Assembly (NCBI RefSeq): GCF_004376175.1
Contig: NZ_SNUY01000016.1
Span: 28,678 to 60,677, forward strand
Source: Halalkalibacterium halodurans
Lineage (GTDB): Bacteria > Bacillota > Bacilli > Bacillales > Bacillaceae_D
DNA: 32,000 nt
Direction of reading: 5' to 3'
Shown here: positions 1-11,229 of the stretch, piece by piece
Numbering within the stretch: the first letter of the stretch is position 1
Layout: every line of letters starts with the position of its first letter
Position numbers and translations under genes: made by a program
The notes under the pieces: generated by a model
The model's database searches: none
What the model was told of the DNA's origin: nothing
The model's input: only the letters and a program-made list of their open reading frames with translations

Positions 1-269
1 TAGGAAAGAAAACAGCCCGACAAATCATCCTTGATTTAAAAGGAAAAGTGGATGAATTGCCCCCAGGTCTTTTCTCTCAGAAGGAAGAGCAGCCAAAACC
101 TCACGAGAAAAACGCTGGGAACCAGGATCTCGATGAGGCGATGGAGGCGCTAAAAGCACTAGGGTATGTGGAAAAAGAGCTTAAGAAAGTGAAGCCAAAA
201 CTCGAGCAGGAAACGTTAACGACCGATGCGTATATTAAAAAAGCATTGCAGCTTATGTTGAACCGCTAA
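1..269 (+). CDS. ruvA: Holliday junction DNA helicase RuvA, C-terminal part (5' end lies outside the window)
   Basis: Frame 3 is open from base 3 and reads [19 protein letters not shown]..., ending in a domain III-like tail ([11 protein letters not shown]...ALQLMLNR). It sits directly upstream of ruvB, as in the conserved ruvAB operon. Confidence 0.85.
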   Translation, partial: GKKTARQIILDLKGKVDELPPGLFSQKEEQPKPHEKNAGNQDLDEAMEALKALGYVEKELKKVKPKLEQETLTTDAYIKKALQLMLNR

Positions 270-283
270 GGGAGTGAACGAAC

Positions 284-1285
284 ATGGAAGAGCGTATGGT
301 ATCAGCGGAAGCACAAACAGAAGAAGCTGCGGTTGAACAAGGCATCCGACCGCATTCCTTTGAGCAGTACATTGGTCAAGAAAAAGTGAAGCAAAATTTA
401 AAGGTCTTTATTGAGGCGGCAAAAATGCGCGAGGAAGCGTTAGATCATGTACTGCTTTACGGTCCCCCGGGACTAGGGAAAACGACACTTTCAGCGATCA
501 TCGCCAACGAATTAGGGGTGCAAATGCGAACAACATCAGGTCCAGCGATTGAGCGACCAGGTGATTTGGCAGCTATTTTAACCGCGTTGGAACCGGGGGA
601 TGTTCTGTTTATTGATGAAATTCATCGGTTAAACCGGATGGTGGAGGAAGTGCTCTATCCAGCCATGGAGGATTATTGTATCGATATTGTTATAGGCAAG
701 GGACCAACGGCGCGCTCCGTCCGTCTTGATTTACCACCATTTACGCTTGTAGGGGCGACGACAAGGGCTGGGATGTTATCCTCGCCGCTTAGAGACCGAT
801 TTGGTGTGATGGCACGGTTGGAATATTACAATGTGGAAGAACTGAAAACGATCATTGAGCGAACGGCCACCATATTCGATACAGTGCTTGAGCGAGACGC
901 GTCGATTGAAATAGCCCGAAGATCACGGGGGACGCCAAGAATCGCTAATCGTCTTTTGCGGAGGGTTCGTGACTTTGCTCAAGTTTCGGGGGATATGCGT
1001 ATTTCCTTAAGCAGGGCGATTGAATCCTTGGAACGATTACAGGTGGATCGGTTAGGATTGGATCATATTGACCATAAATTAATAAAAGGGATTATGACGA
1101 AGTTTAACGGAGGACCGGTTGGTCTAGAAACGATTTCGGCTACGATCGGTGAAGAGACTGACACAATTGAAGAAGTGTATGAACCGTATTTGCTGCAGAT
1201 TGGCTTTTTGCAACGAACGCCTCGTGGACGCGTTGTGACACCACTTGCTTACGAGCATTTCAACATGGAGGTGCCAAATAAATGA
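284..1285 (+). CDS. ruvB: Holliday junction branch migration DNA helicase RuvB
   Basis: 333 aa with Walker A (GPPGLGKTT), Walker B (LFIDEIHRL) and the sensor motif [21 protein letters not shown]-type SD lies upstream. Confidence 0.97.
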   Translation: MEERMVSAEAQTEEAAVEQGIRPHSFEQYIGQEKVKQNLKVFIEAAKMREEALDHVLLYGPPGLGKTTLSAIIANELGVQMRTTSGPAIERPGDLAAILTALEPGDVLFIDEIHRLNRMVEEVLYPAMEDYCIDIVIGKGPTARSVRLDLPPFTLVGATTRAGMLSSPLRDRFGVMARLEYYNVEELKTIIERTATIFDTVLERDASIEIARRSRGTPRIANRLLRRVRDFAQVSGDMRISLSRAIESLERLQVDRLGLDHIDHKLIKGIMTKFNGGPVGLETISATIGEETDTIEEVYEPYLLQIGFLQRTPRGRVVTPLAYEHFNMEVPNK

Positions 1286-1497
1286 ACATCCCCAAAATAT
1301 TCATTACCCTTGGCATTGTTCTCATTATCATCGGCATTCTTTGGCAAATCGGTGGTCGGTTTCTACCGCTCGGAAAATTACCAGGAGATATTTTAATTAA
1401 ACGAGAAAATGCCACGTTTTATTTTCCGATCATGACGTCGATTATCATTAGTATCGTCCTATCGCTCATTTTGTTTTTGCTTGGACGATTTCGTTAA
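1282..1497 (+). CDS. DUF2905 family small membrane protein
   Basis: 71 aa with two hydrophobic helices flanking [19 protein letters not shown], typical of DUF2905. The start overlaps the ruvB stop (ATGA), suggesting translational coupling. Confidence 0.8.
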   Translation: MNIPKIFITLGIVLIIIGILWQIGGRFLPLGKLPGDILIKRENATFYFPIMTSIIISIVLSLILFLLGRFR

Positions 1498-1574
1498 CGT
1501 TCTTGCCAAAGTAGTCTTCGTTTTTGTAAGATAGGAAAGATCGCAATTTGAACGGATGGAAAAGGTGACGAAAG

Positions 1575-3793
<2,219 letters not shown>

Positions 3794-3829
3794 TTGGAAG
3801 TCGTTCGTAATGGAAGGGAGGGAAAATGA

Positions 3830-4096
3830 ATGGAAGGTCTTGGAGGATTTTTAATTCCGCTTATTTTAATGTTTGCGATTTTTTACTTCTTGCTTATTCG
3901 TCCGCAACAAAAGCGGCAAAAGCAAATTCAAGAAATGCATAATAATTTGCAACGCGGAGACAAAATCGTTACCATCGGTGGACTTCATGGGACCATTGAT
4001 TCTCTTGATGAGAGCACAGTGGTCATTCTTGTAAACGATAATCGTAAACTTACGTTTGATCGTTCAGCGATCCGCGAAGTCGTCAATCCAGATTAA
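3830..4096 (+). CDS. yajC: Preprotein translocase subunit YajC
   Basis: 88 aa with a single N-terminal TM helix followed by RPQQKRQK and GDKIVTIGGLHG, the YajC signature. GGGAGGG SD 8 nt upstream. Confidence 0.93.
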   Translation: MEGLGGFLIPLILMFAIFYFLLIRPQQKRQKQIQEMHNNLQRGDKIVTIGGLHGTIDSLDESTVVILVNDNRKLTFDRSAIREVVNPD

Positions 4097-4103
4097 TACA
4101 TAA

Positions 4104-4134
4104 GAAAAGCGCAGCCTCAGTAGCTGCGCTTTTC
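4104..4134. terminator. Bidirectional rho-independent terminator between convergent yajC and the yrzE-like gene
   Basis: Perfect 12-bp stem GAAAAGCGCAGC / GCTGCGCTTTTC with a 7-nt loop. It has an A-run on one side and a T-run on the other. Confidence 0.85.
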
Positions 4135-4150
4135 TTTGCTCATCCTCTTT

Positions 4151-4540
4151 TCAACGATCCTTTCCCCCGCTGAAATTTACTCCAATAATGCCCCCGAGCA
4201 TCCCCGCAAGCAAATACCCTCCATGAATCAGCATTTGGCTCGTCGTAAACGTTGTATTGTAACCGAGAAACATGATAAGAAACGTAACTAATGAGAAAAA
4301 CAAAGCAGTTAGCGCTCCGATCATCCATCCCCGTTCCTTCGTCTTAGCTCCAGCTACTGCTCCGCCAAGAAAGAGAGCGATAAAGGCAATTGCCAAAATC
4401 GCCCACTGGAACGACATCTCTGTCAAGGAAGAAAAATGAACGATAAGAGAGGCGAGCAAACTAAAGGATAAGACGACAATCATAATCGTTAAAAGCCCCA
4501 TCAATAAAGCAGGACCCCAGTTTTTTAAACTCATGTCCAT
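4151..4540 (-). CDS. TIGR04086/YrzE-like integral membrane protein
   Basis: Four predicted TM helices, Gly/Ala-rich, in the position of B. subtilis yrzE next to yajC. I chose the start at MDMSLKNWG because GGAAAGGAG precedes it. The 141-aa track ORF (to 4576) has no SD. Confidence 0.7.
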   Translation of the reverse strand: MDMSLKNWGPALLMGLLTIMIVVLSFSLLASLIVHFSSLTEMSFQWAILAIAFIALFLGGAVAGAKTKERGWMIGALTALFFSLVTFLIMFLGYNTTFTTSQMLIHGGYLLAGMLGGIIGVNFSGGKDR

Positions 4541-4712
4541 CCGACTCCTTTCCATGTTTGTACAATACATATTCAAGCTTGTATTTAATTAGAAGTTTTA
4601 CTTTATTCGCGACAATCGTTGATGAAAAATATGGTGGAACTCCGAGCTATGGACATGTTTGGATATGGCTTGTCATAGGATGGTATAAACGTGATGGAAG
4701 GAGTCCGCTTTC

Positions 4713-5999
4713 ATGGAATTAACCCTAGCTTTAGTCATTTTTGTTATATGCTATCTTCTCATCATGGCAGAAACGTTTAATCGGGCCGTTGTTGCTTGTC
4801 TCGGTGGGGTCCTCATGTTATTTGTGGGCATTTACCCTCTCGACGCTGCGTTTTTACAGTACATCGATTGGCACACGATTACGTTGCTTCTTTCCATGAT
4901 GATACTCGTTTCCATTACAAGCCAAAGCGGCTTTTTTGAATACATGGCCATCCGCTTAGCGCAAAAAGTTGACGGACGGCCAATCCCGCTTCTGATTGTT
5001 GTTGCTGGCATAACTGCCATCGGATCGGCTTTTCTTAATAACGTGACGATGGTCTTGTTGATTGTCCCGATCGTCTTAACGCTAACGAACCTACTTAAAT
5101 TAAACGCCGTCCCGTTTTTATTAACACTCGTGATGGCCTCAAATATTGGTGGAACCGCTACATTGATTGGAGATCCGCCCAATTTAATGATTGGGCAGGC
5201 CGTGGCCCATTTGTCGTTTAACGATTTTTTGCTTCATTTAGGACCAATTGTGGCAGTGATTTTCTTTGTTGTGCTCATTGGTCTTATTTTATACTACCGC
5301 AGGCAACTCTCCGTGACGGCGGAAGATCGCTCCAGACTAAGAGGTGTGGACCCGACGTCATATTTAAAAAATCGTCCTCTCCTTATAAAGTCAATGACCG
5401 TTTTGACCTTAACGACCATTGGGTTCACGATCCAACCGTTTTTACCTGTGGAGCTAACAAGTATCGCAATGGCAGGAGCGTTGCTATTAATGTTAATCAC
5501 TCAAAATGAGCAAGATATGGAGGGAGTCTTTCGTTCGGTTGAATGGGTAACACTGTTTTTCTTTATCGGTCTATTTATGCTTGTCGGTGGAATTAAAGAG
5601 GTAGGCATCATTGATGAAATTGCAAAGGCGATTATTTATTATACAGAAGGAGACATTCCAAAGACTTCACTGTTTATTTTATGGGGGTCCGGCATCTTAT
5701 CAGGATTTGTTGACAACATTCCGTTCGTTGCTGCGATGATTCCCGTCATTTTGGAATTTCAAGAGTACGGAGTCGGAGAGTTGGACCCACTATGGTGGTC
5801 GCTCGCCCTTGGCGCTTGTCTTGGGGGGAATGCAACGGTTATTGGCGCTACCGCTAATGTAATCGTGGCAGGGCTTGCCGTTCAAGCAAAACAGTCCTTC
5901 AGTTATTTAGAGTTTTTAAAAGTAGGGGCTCCGGTGGCCCTCGTATCGTTTTTACTTTGTACTGTTTATTTGTACATTCGGTATTTGATTTATTTTTAG
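4713..5999 (+). CDS. ArsB/NhaD (CitMHS-like) superfamily anion/ion permease
   Basis: 428 aa, polytopic with about 10-12 TM helices. It contains the GGTATLIGDPPN and GGNATVIGATAN repeat motifs typical of the ArsB/NhaD permease fold. GGAAGGAG SD upstream. Confidence 0.8.
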   Translation: MELTLALVIFVICYLLIMAETFNRAVVACLGGVLMLFVGIYPLDAAFLQYIDWHTITLLLSMMILVSITSQSGFFEYMAIRLAQKVDGRPIPLLIVVAGITAIGSAFLNNVTMVLLIVPIVLTLTNLLKLNAVPFLLTLVMASNIGGTATLIGDPPNLMIGQAVAHLSFNDFLLHLGPIVAVIFFVVLIGLILYYRRQLSVTAEDRSRLRGVDPTSYLKNRPLLIKSMTVLTLTTIGFTIQPFLPVELTSIAMAGALLLMLITQNEQDMEGVFRSVEWVTLFFFIGLFMLVGGIKEVGIIDEIAKAIIYYTEGDIPKTSLFILWGSGILSGFVDNIPFVAAMIPVILEFQEYGVGELDPLWWSLALGACLGGNATVIGATANVIVAGLAVQAKQSFSYLEFLKVGAPVALVSFLLCTVYLYIRYLIYF

Positions 6000-6054
6000 A
6001 AAAATACCTTAACGTCAAGTTCGAACAGGATTTCCAAACTCTTTCTCTTATCGT

Positions 6055-6095
6055 CTCCTTCATCTGCGGGAACCCTAGTCATAAAGATGAAGGAG
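6055..6095 (+). promoter_or_regulatory. Hairpin occluding the Shine-Dalgarno sequence of the DUF421 gene
   Basis: Perfect 10-bp inverted repeat CTCCTTCATC (6055-6064) / GATGAAGGAG (6086-6095) with a 21-nt loop. The 3' arm contains the AAGGAGG SD of the ATG at 6103. No T-tract follows, so it is not a terminator. Confidence 0.5.
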
Positions 6096-6102
6096 GAGCC
6101 TG

Positions 6103-6759
6103 ATGGAGTACCCGACAATCATTCTTCGTACAATCCTCATATACTTTATCATTTTGCTCGTCTTGCGAATCATGGGGAAACGAGAAATTGGACAGCTATC
6201 TGTTCTAGACTTTGTCGTCTCCATCATGATTGCGGAATTAGCTGTTATTTCAATTGAGAATATCCAAGTGTCGATGATGAATACGATTATTCCGATTGTC
6301 GTTCTCTCGCTTATTCAAATTGTTTTTGCATATGTTTCATTAAAAAGTAAGACGATGCGCCGACTTGTGGACGGAAAGCCGACGGTGTTAATTAGTCAAG
6401 GGAAAATTGATGAAAGGGAAATGCGCAAACAGCGCTACAATTTTGATGATCTGCTCATTCAGCTTCGTCAAAGCAATGTCCGCGATATATCAGACGTTGA
6501 ATTCGCCATCTTAGAGCCTTCAGGCAAACTATCGGTAATCGAAAAGCGTCCGTTTTCTGGGAAAAGCTCTTCTTATTTACCGTTACCACTCATATTGGAT
6601 GGAAAGGTTCAGGAAAAACATTTGGAGAAAATAAATAAAACGTCTCTATGGCTAAGACAGCAATTAAGGAAACTCGGCTATCGAGACATAAAAAAAATTT
6701 CCTACTGTGCCATAAAAGAGGATGGGACGTTTTTTATTGACATAAAGGATGAAAAATAA
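6103..6759 (+). CDS. DUF421 (YetF/YrbG family) membrane protein
   Basis: 218 aa with an N-terminal TM region followed by a soluble domain (LVDGKPTVLISQGKIDEREMRKQRYNFDDLLIQLR), characteristic of DUF421. B. subtilis has yrbG at the equivalent locus next to spoVB. Confidence 0.85.
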   Translation: MEYPTIILRTILIYFIILLVLRIMGKREIGQLSVLDFVVSIMIAELAVISIENIQVSMMNTIIPIVVLSLIQIVFAYVSLKSKTMRRLVDGKPTVLISQGKIDEREMRKQRYNFDDLLIQLRQSNVRDISDVEFAILEPSGKLSVIEKRPFSGKSSSYLPLPLILDGKVQEKHLEKINKTSLWLRQQLRKLGYRDIKKISYCAIKEDGTFFIDIKDEK

Positions 6760-6787
6760 GGGCGAAATACAGTGGATAAGCGTGGAA

Positions 6788-6815
6788 ACGAGAGGAGGGT
6801 CAATCCCATAGTATA
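6788..6815 (+). promoter_or_regulatory. Candidate mother-cell (SigK/SigE-type) sporulation promoter
   Basis: AC (6788-6789), a 17-nt spacer, then CATAGTATA (6807-6815), matching the SigK consensus AC-N16-17-CATAnnnTA. It lies 39 nt upstream of the ATG at 6854. This is a pattern match only. Confidence 0.3.
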
Positions 6816-6853
6816 GTTTAGAACGCTTCACAAAAGGGAGGCTTTACGATACT

Positions 6854-7105
6854 ATGGGATATTACTATGATCTGTGCTGCAAACATCATGGCCAAGTGGT
6901 TCAAATCACTGAAAAATGCGGAAAACGCCACGTCGGTCGAATTGTAGCGGTGGATCACCAATATGTCTACTTGGAGCCTGTCGGAGGGCATCGAGGACCT
7001 GGTGGTTTTTGTTACGGATGGGGCTGGGGCTGGCGTCCTTTCTTCCCAGTCGCACTTGCAGCCATTGCTGGGTTTGCTCTAGGCGCTGCTCTATTTTGGA
7101 TTTAA
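6854..7105 (+). CDS. Small Cys/Gly/Trp-rich hypothetical protein with a hydrophobic C-terminal tail
   Basis: 83 aa with an AAGGGAGG SD 9 nt upstream and a strong terminator immediately downstream. It has a beta-rich core (VVQITEKCGKRHVGRIVAVDHQYVYLEP), then GGHRGPGGFCYGWGWGWRPFF, then a C-terminal TM-like segment. I do not recognise the family. Confidence 0.6.
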   Translation: MGYYYDLCCKHHGQVVQITEKCGKRHVGRIVAVDHQYVYLEPVGGHRGPGGFCYGWGWGWRPFFPVALAAIAGFALGAALFWI

Positions 7106-7111
7106 TCAAGG

Positions 7112-7147
7112 AGCTGACTCTCAAATGTAGAGTCAGCTGTTTTTTTA
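7112..7147 (+). terminator. Rho-independent terminator
   Basis: Perfect 10-bp stem AGCTGACTCT / AGAGTCAGCT with a 7-nt loop, followed by GTTTTTTTAT. It lies between the convergent small gene and spoVB. Confidence 0.85.
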
Positions 7148-7165
7148 TTGATATCCTACAACAAT

Positions 7166-8734
7166 CTATGCTGGAATAAGCTTGCTTAAGAATGAGCCGA
7201 TCAGAGGGATTCGCGTGGCTTCTTCTTTTTTCACTAAGCCGAGAAGTAGGGCGAGCAACGCATAACATAACACCGTCAGTCCGATCGCTAGCAATGTTTG
7301 TATCATAAGGGGCCAATCTGAAAATGCATAACGATGTACGAGACTGCTAAAGACAACGGATGCTCCGAGAAGGACGGAAGCCTTGGCGATAAAGATGATA
7401 TTCACCGTCAGACTGATGGTTTTTACAACAGAAGCAAAATGTAACGTGGTGACGAGGAGAATCCCGATCACAATCGCTAACGCGGCTCCCATGATGCCAA
7501 GCTCTGGTCGAGTAGCAAGAGCGAAGATCGCAGCGATTTTCACAATCGCCCCATAAAAGCTATTCATCATCGCAGCTTTGGCTAAATTTAAGGCTTGTAG
7601 CGTCGATTGGAGTGGACCCTGGAAGTATAAAAAGATCGTAAATGGCGCCATTACTTTAATAAAAACAGCCGCCTCAGGCGCGTCGTACATTAACGCCATA
7701 ACTGGTTCGGCAAATACGTAGAGGACAACAACGGATATCCCGCCTGACAGCATAGCGAGTCGCAGCGCTTGGCCAAGGCGATGATGGATTAATGGATACC
7801 GTTTTTTCGCAGCGGCCTCACTAATTGCAGGAACGAGTGATACTGAAAGAGAATACGTAATAAACGTTGGTAGCGTTAATAATGGAATGACAAACCCAGC
7901 GAGCTGACCGTATTGCTGTGTGGCTACAGCCGTTGCTACTCCGGCAATCGCAAGGCTTTGGGCGACGACAATTGGTTCGAAAAAATAAGAGACCGATCCG
8001 ACTAAGCGGCTCCCGGTTGTCGGCAGGGAAATGGCCATAAGGTCGACGAATGTTTTCTTCCCTTCTCCTAAATAAGCAAAAAACTTCTGACGGATACGAA
8101 AGCTTTTTTTTCGTTTGAACATGACGATCATATACAGCAAGGAAGCTAGTTCACCGAGGACGACGGAGATCATCGCTCCAGCAGCAGCATATTCGACCCC
8201 TAATGGAAGAAAGGCGCTTGTCAATAAAGCGACAAATGTAATCCGAACCACTTGTTCAATTACTTGTGAATAAGCGGTTGGTTTCATGTTTTGCAACCCT
8301 TGAAAATAGCCGCGCATGACCGATGAAAGGGCCACGATCGGGACAATTGGGGAAATGGCTACAAGTGGCCAATACGCCCTTGAATCGGTTAAAAGGGTGG
8401 ACGCTATCATGGGAGCTAACAAAATCATCGCGGTCGTAAAGACGATACTTAGCGTCAGTGTAATCGTCGTAGACACGACGAGAATTCGCTTAATTCGTGA
8501 GCGATCATTTAAAGCGTCGGCCTCGGCTACGAGCTTTGAAATGGCAACTGGGAGACCGAATTGGGTAATCGTAATGACGAGAAGCAAGGTGGGCACAGCC
8601 ATGACATATAGGCCTACCCCCTCAGCACCCATAATACGTGCGACGACGATTCTGTTCACAAATCCGAGAAATCTTGTGATGAGCCCTGCGATAATCAGAA
8701 TAAAAGTGCCTTTCAGAAACGTCTGCTTGGACAT
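7166..8734 (-). CDS. spoVB: Stage V sporulation protein B (MOP/MurJ-like flippase family)
   Basis: 522 aa with about 14 TM helices. The N-terminus MSKQTFLKGTFILIIAGLITRFLGFVNRIVVARIMGAEGVGLY is typical of SpoVB. Position is conserved next to the yrbG-like gene. AGGGGGG SD upstream. Confidence 0.9.
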   Translation of the reverse strand: MSKQTFLKGTFILIIAGLITRFLGFVNRIVVARIMGAEGVGLYVMAVPTLLLVITITQFGLPVAISKLVAEADALNDRSRIKRILVVSTTITLTLSIVFTTAMILLAPMIASTLLTDSRAYWPLVAISPIVPIVALSSVMRGYFQGLQNMKPTAYSQVIEQVVRITFVALLTSAFLPLGVEYAAAGAMISVVLGELASLLYMIVMFKRKKSFRIRQKFFAYLGEGKKTFVDLMAISLPTTGSRLVGSVSYFFEPIVVAQSLAIAGVATAVATQQYGQLAGFVIPLLTLPTFITYSLSVSLVPAISEAAAKKRYPLIHHRLGQALRLAMLSGGISVVVLYVFAEPVMALMYDAPEAAVFIKVMAPFTIFLYFQGPLQSTLQALNLAKAAMMNSFYGAIVKIAAIFALATRPELGIMGAALAIVIGILLVTTLHFASVVKTISLTVNIIFIAKASVLLGASVVFSSLVHRYAFSDWPLMIQTLLAIGLTVLCYALLALLLGLVKKEEATRIPLIGSFLSKLIPA

Positions 8735-8952
8735 GTTTGCCCCCCTACTTTCTTTGGAAAACTTGGCTTGCTTGCGCCAAGCCGTATTGGTAGAAGCGAA
8801 TATTTTTTATAGTTGCGCCTTGAAATATGTGTGAACATTTATTACGTACAAAAAAGGATGGATATTTTCCGTTATTACTTATATGCTTAGTAGTGGGTCA
8901 AGCATGACAAGTTGTTTTACTAGATTGAAAGATACAGAAAGGACGAAGCAAC

Positions 8953-9438
8953 GTGAAGGAGTTCATCACCGACATTCTTGTCGAGCAATTTGGCTTTTTG
9001 CCGACTGAATTACTTGTCGTACTCGTTTCTGCGGTGCCAATCGTTGAATTGCGTGGTGGCATCCCATTAGGTGTCATCCTTGGTTTAAGCCCATGGGAAG
9101 CGCTCCTATTTGGAATCATTGGTAATTTACTCCCCATTGTCCCGATCTTGCTGTTGTTCCGGCCGATCAGTGGTTGGATGCTGAGGTTTAAGTGGTATCA
9201 GAGATTGTATGATTGGCTCTACAATCGTACAATGAAGAAGAGCAACAACGTGGAAAAGTTCGGCGCGATCGGTTTGATTCTCTTTACGGCAGTGCCATTG
9301 CCAACAACAGGAGCCTATTCGGCTTGTTTAGCGGCCGTACTCTTTTTTATTCCGTTTCGCTTTGCGTTTTTTGCCGTGTCCGCAGGGGTTGTTATTGCAG
9401 GCATAGTCATGACGCTATTTTCGTATATCCTCGTTTAA
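8953..9438 (+). CDS. Small multi-drug export protein family (COG2426/PF06695) membrane protein
   Basis: 161 aa with a GTG start. The motifs PIVELRGGIPLG and PLPTTGAYSA are typical of this family. Four TM helices predicted. Confidence 0.75.
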   Translation: MKEFITDILVEQFGFLPTELLVVLVSAVPIVELRGGIPLGVILGLSPWEALLFGIIGNLLPIVPILLLFRPISGWMLRFKWYQRLYDWLYNRTMKKSNNVEKFGAIGLILFTAVPLPTTGAYSACLAAVLFFIPFRFAFFAVSAGVVIAGIVMTLFSYILV

Positions 9439-9470
9439 CCGACATTTTTGGTTAGAAGGGAGGGGAGTTT

Positions 9471-9746
9471 GTGGAAGAAAAACAGCAATTTGAACTTTGG
9501 CGCGACGACGTTCATCCTGCGATTGTGAGCAAGGTGGACGAACTTCATCTATTAGGCTATGATCGGGCGACAGAGGACGAAGTATGGGCGTGTGTACTAC
9601 ACCGGCTTCGGAAGGAAAAGAATTTTGTTGCAAAGCATGTATTTGTTCATGCGATCTTAGCCTTGTCACCGCAGCAATACATGACATGGCTTACAGCCGA
9701 AGCATACAAGCAGCCGGAAGATTGGTTCCAGGAGTTTGAGGTGTAG
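9471..9746 (+). CDS. comN: Post-transcriptional regulator, ComN/YrzD-like
   Basis: 91 aa with a GTG start after GGGAGGGGAG. The sequence (KVDELHLLGYDRATEDEVWACV...) and the position immediately upstream of secDF match B. subtilis comN (yrzD). Confidence 0.7.
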   Translation: MEEKQQFELWRDDVHPAIVSKVDELHLLGYDRATEDEVWACVLHRLRKEKNFVAKHVFVHAILALSPQQYMTWLTAEAYKQPEDWFQEFEV

Positions 9747-9796
9747 GCTTCAGGCTCCTTTTCCCATTCCATTGTCTCGTAAACGAATTGTGGAAA

Positions 9797-9826
9797 TTGA
9801 CAGGGATTTCCGGAAGCCCTTATAAT
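9797..9826 (+). promoter_or_regulatory. SigA-type promoter for secD-secF
   Basis: TTGACA (9797-9802), 18-nt spacer, TATAAT (9821-9826). Both hexamers match the consensus. Confidence 0.7.
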
Positions 9827-9915
9827 GAAAGGAATTGTACATAGTGATCTTAACCAAAGAGGCGACGAAGAAACGAGAGAAGGTTGCCTTTTGTCGAAGG
9901 AGGAAGTCATCTACT

Positions 9916-11229
9916 ATGGTTAAAAAAGGACGGATTGCCGCCTTTTTTCTTATCGTCATTGCTCTTGGCGTGCTTATTTCACAGACGGTCATGGATGTGA
10001 CCCGTGAGATCAAGCTAGGCCTTGATTTGCAAGGAGGATTTGAAATTTTATATGAAGTGAGTCCAATTGATGAAGGGGCTGAGGTGACGGAGGCAACGTT
10101 AACAGCGACCGTCAGCTCGTTGAATCAACGGATCAACGTTCTTGGAGTATCTGAGCCGAACATCCAGATCGAAGGGGACGATCGGATTCGCGTGCAGCTT
10201 GCAGGTGTTGAAGATCAGGAAACAGCCCGTGAGCTTTTAGCAACAGAAGCTAATTTAACGATTCGCGACGTAAACGACGAGGTACTGCTCGATGGTGGGG
10301 ACCTTGCAGAAAATGGTGCAAGTGCTTCGTTCCATCCTGATACGAACATGCCGATTGTCACGCTAACGTTAAAGGATGCCAATCAATTCGGGGAAATTAC
10401 CCGTGAAATTTCTCAGCGTCCAATGGGAGAAAACTTGCTCGTCATATGGCTTGATTTTGAAGAAGGGGTAGACTCTTATGCGGAAGAAGCGATGAAAGCA
10501 AGTCCGAAATATATTTCTGCTGCATCTGTCAATCAGCCGTTGTTTACGCGGGATGTCATGATTGAAAATCGCAGCGGGGACTTTACGGTAGAGCAAACCC
10601 GTTTCATTGCGGACATTTTAAATGCGGGCTCACTGCCAGCCAAGCTTGACGTATTGTCGTCCAACTCCGTTAGTGCGTCGCTCGGGGAGCAAGCGATGGA
10701 GCGTACTGTTTACGCAGGGTTTATTGGCGTGGCTCTCATCTTTTTGTACATGCTCTTGTACTATCGATTCATGGGAATGATCGCTACCATTACATTAACC
10801 GTCTATATTTATTTAGTTCTCCTCATCTTTAATTGGATGAATGCCGTCTTGACTTTGCCAGGAATCGCGGCGCTTATTCTTGGTGTCGGGATGGCGGTCG
10901 ATGCGAACATCATTACCTATGAGCGGATTAAGGAAGAGATTCGATCAGGAAAATCGATCATGTCCTCCTTTAAGGCCGGGAGCCGACGTTCGCTCTCGAC
11001 GATTTTGGATGCGAACATTACAACGATTCTTGCTGCATCGGTCCTTTATATTTATGGGACAAGCTCGGTTCAAGGGTTTGCGGTGATGTTAATCGTCAGT
11101 ATTTTGATGAGCTTTGTTACTGCTGTATTCGGTTCGCGCTTACTCCTTGGTCTTTGGGTGAACAGCCGGGCTTTGAACAAAAAGTTTCGCTTGTTTGGCG
11201 TGAAGGAGAGTGAGATTAGTGAACTTTAA
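9916..11229 (+). CDS. secD: Protein translocase subunit SecD
   Basis: Starts MVKKGRIAAFFLIVIALGVL (signal-anchor), preceded by GAAGGAGGAAG. It has the periplasmic domain LGLDLQGG and a C-terminal 6-TM domain. The track ORF start at 9835 is a TTG located at the predicted transcription start site and was rejected. Confidence 0.92.
   Translation: MVKKGRIAAFFLIVIALGVLISQTVMDVTREIKLGLDLQGGFEILYEVSPIDEGAEVTEATLTATVSSLNQRINVLGVSEPNIQIEGDDRIRVQLAGVEDQETARELLATEANLTIRDVNDEVLLDGGDLAENGASASFHPDTNMPIVTLTLKDANQFGEITREISQRPMGENLLVIWLDFEEGVDSYAEEAMKASPKYISAASVNQPLFTRDVMIENRSGDFTVEQTRFIADILNAGSLPAKLDVLSSNSVSASLGEQAMERTVYAGFIGVALIFLYMLLYYRFMGMIATITLTVYIYLVLLIFNWMNAVLTLPGIAALILGVGMAVDANIITYERIKEEIRSGKSIMSSFKAGSRRSLSTILDANITTILAASVLYIYGTSSVQGFAVMLIVSILMSFVTAVFGSRLLLGLWVNSRALNKKFRLFGVKESEISEL

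Noticed and set aside
6906-7316. 136-aa minus-strand ORF and 87-aa plus-strand ORF (6916-7179) overlapping the small Gly/Trp-rich gene, its terminator and the spoVB 3' end
   Set aside because: They run through a strong terminator hairpin and overlap better-supported genes. Neither has an SD, and both have Arg/Ser-rich, noise-like composition.
8316-8834. 172-aa ORF on the plus strand, antisense to spoVB
   Set aside because: It lies almost entirely inside the well-supported spoVB gene and has no SD. Its composition (Ile/Thr/Arg/Ser-rich) is what the reverse complement of a hydrophobic membrane-protein gene produces.
9835-9915. Upstream TTG start of secD (27 extra codons)
   Set aside because: It sits at the predicted transcription start of the consensus promoter at 9797-9826 and has no SD. 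The extension is highly basic and precedes the real signal-anchor, which has its own GAAGGAGG.
11210-11229. Possible frameshift or pseudogenisation of a fused secDF gene at the secD/secF junction
   Set aside because: Both halves are complete, with 6 TM helices each plus the SecD periplasmic domain. The junction has an SD and an in-frame GTG start. Separate overlapping secD and secF genes are a common bacterial arrangement.
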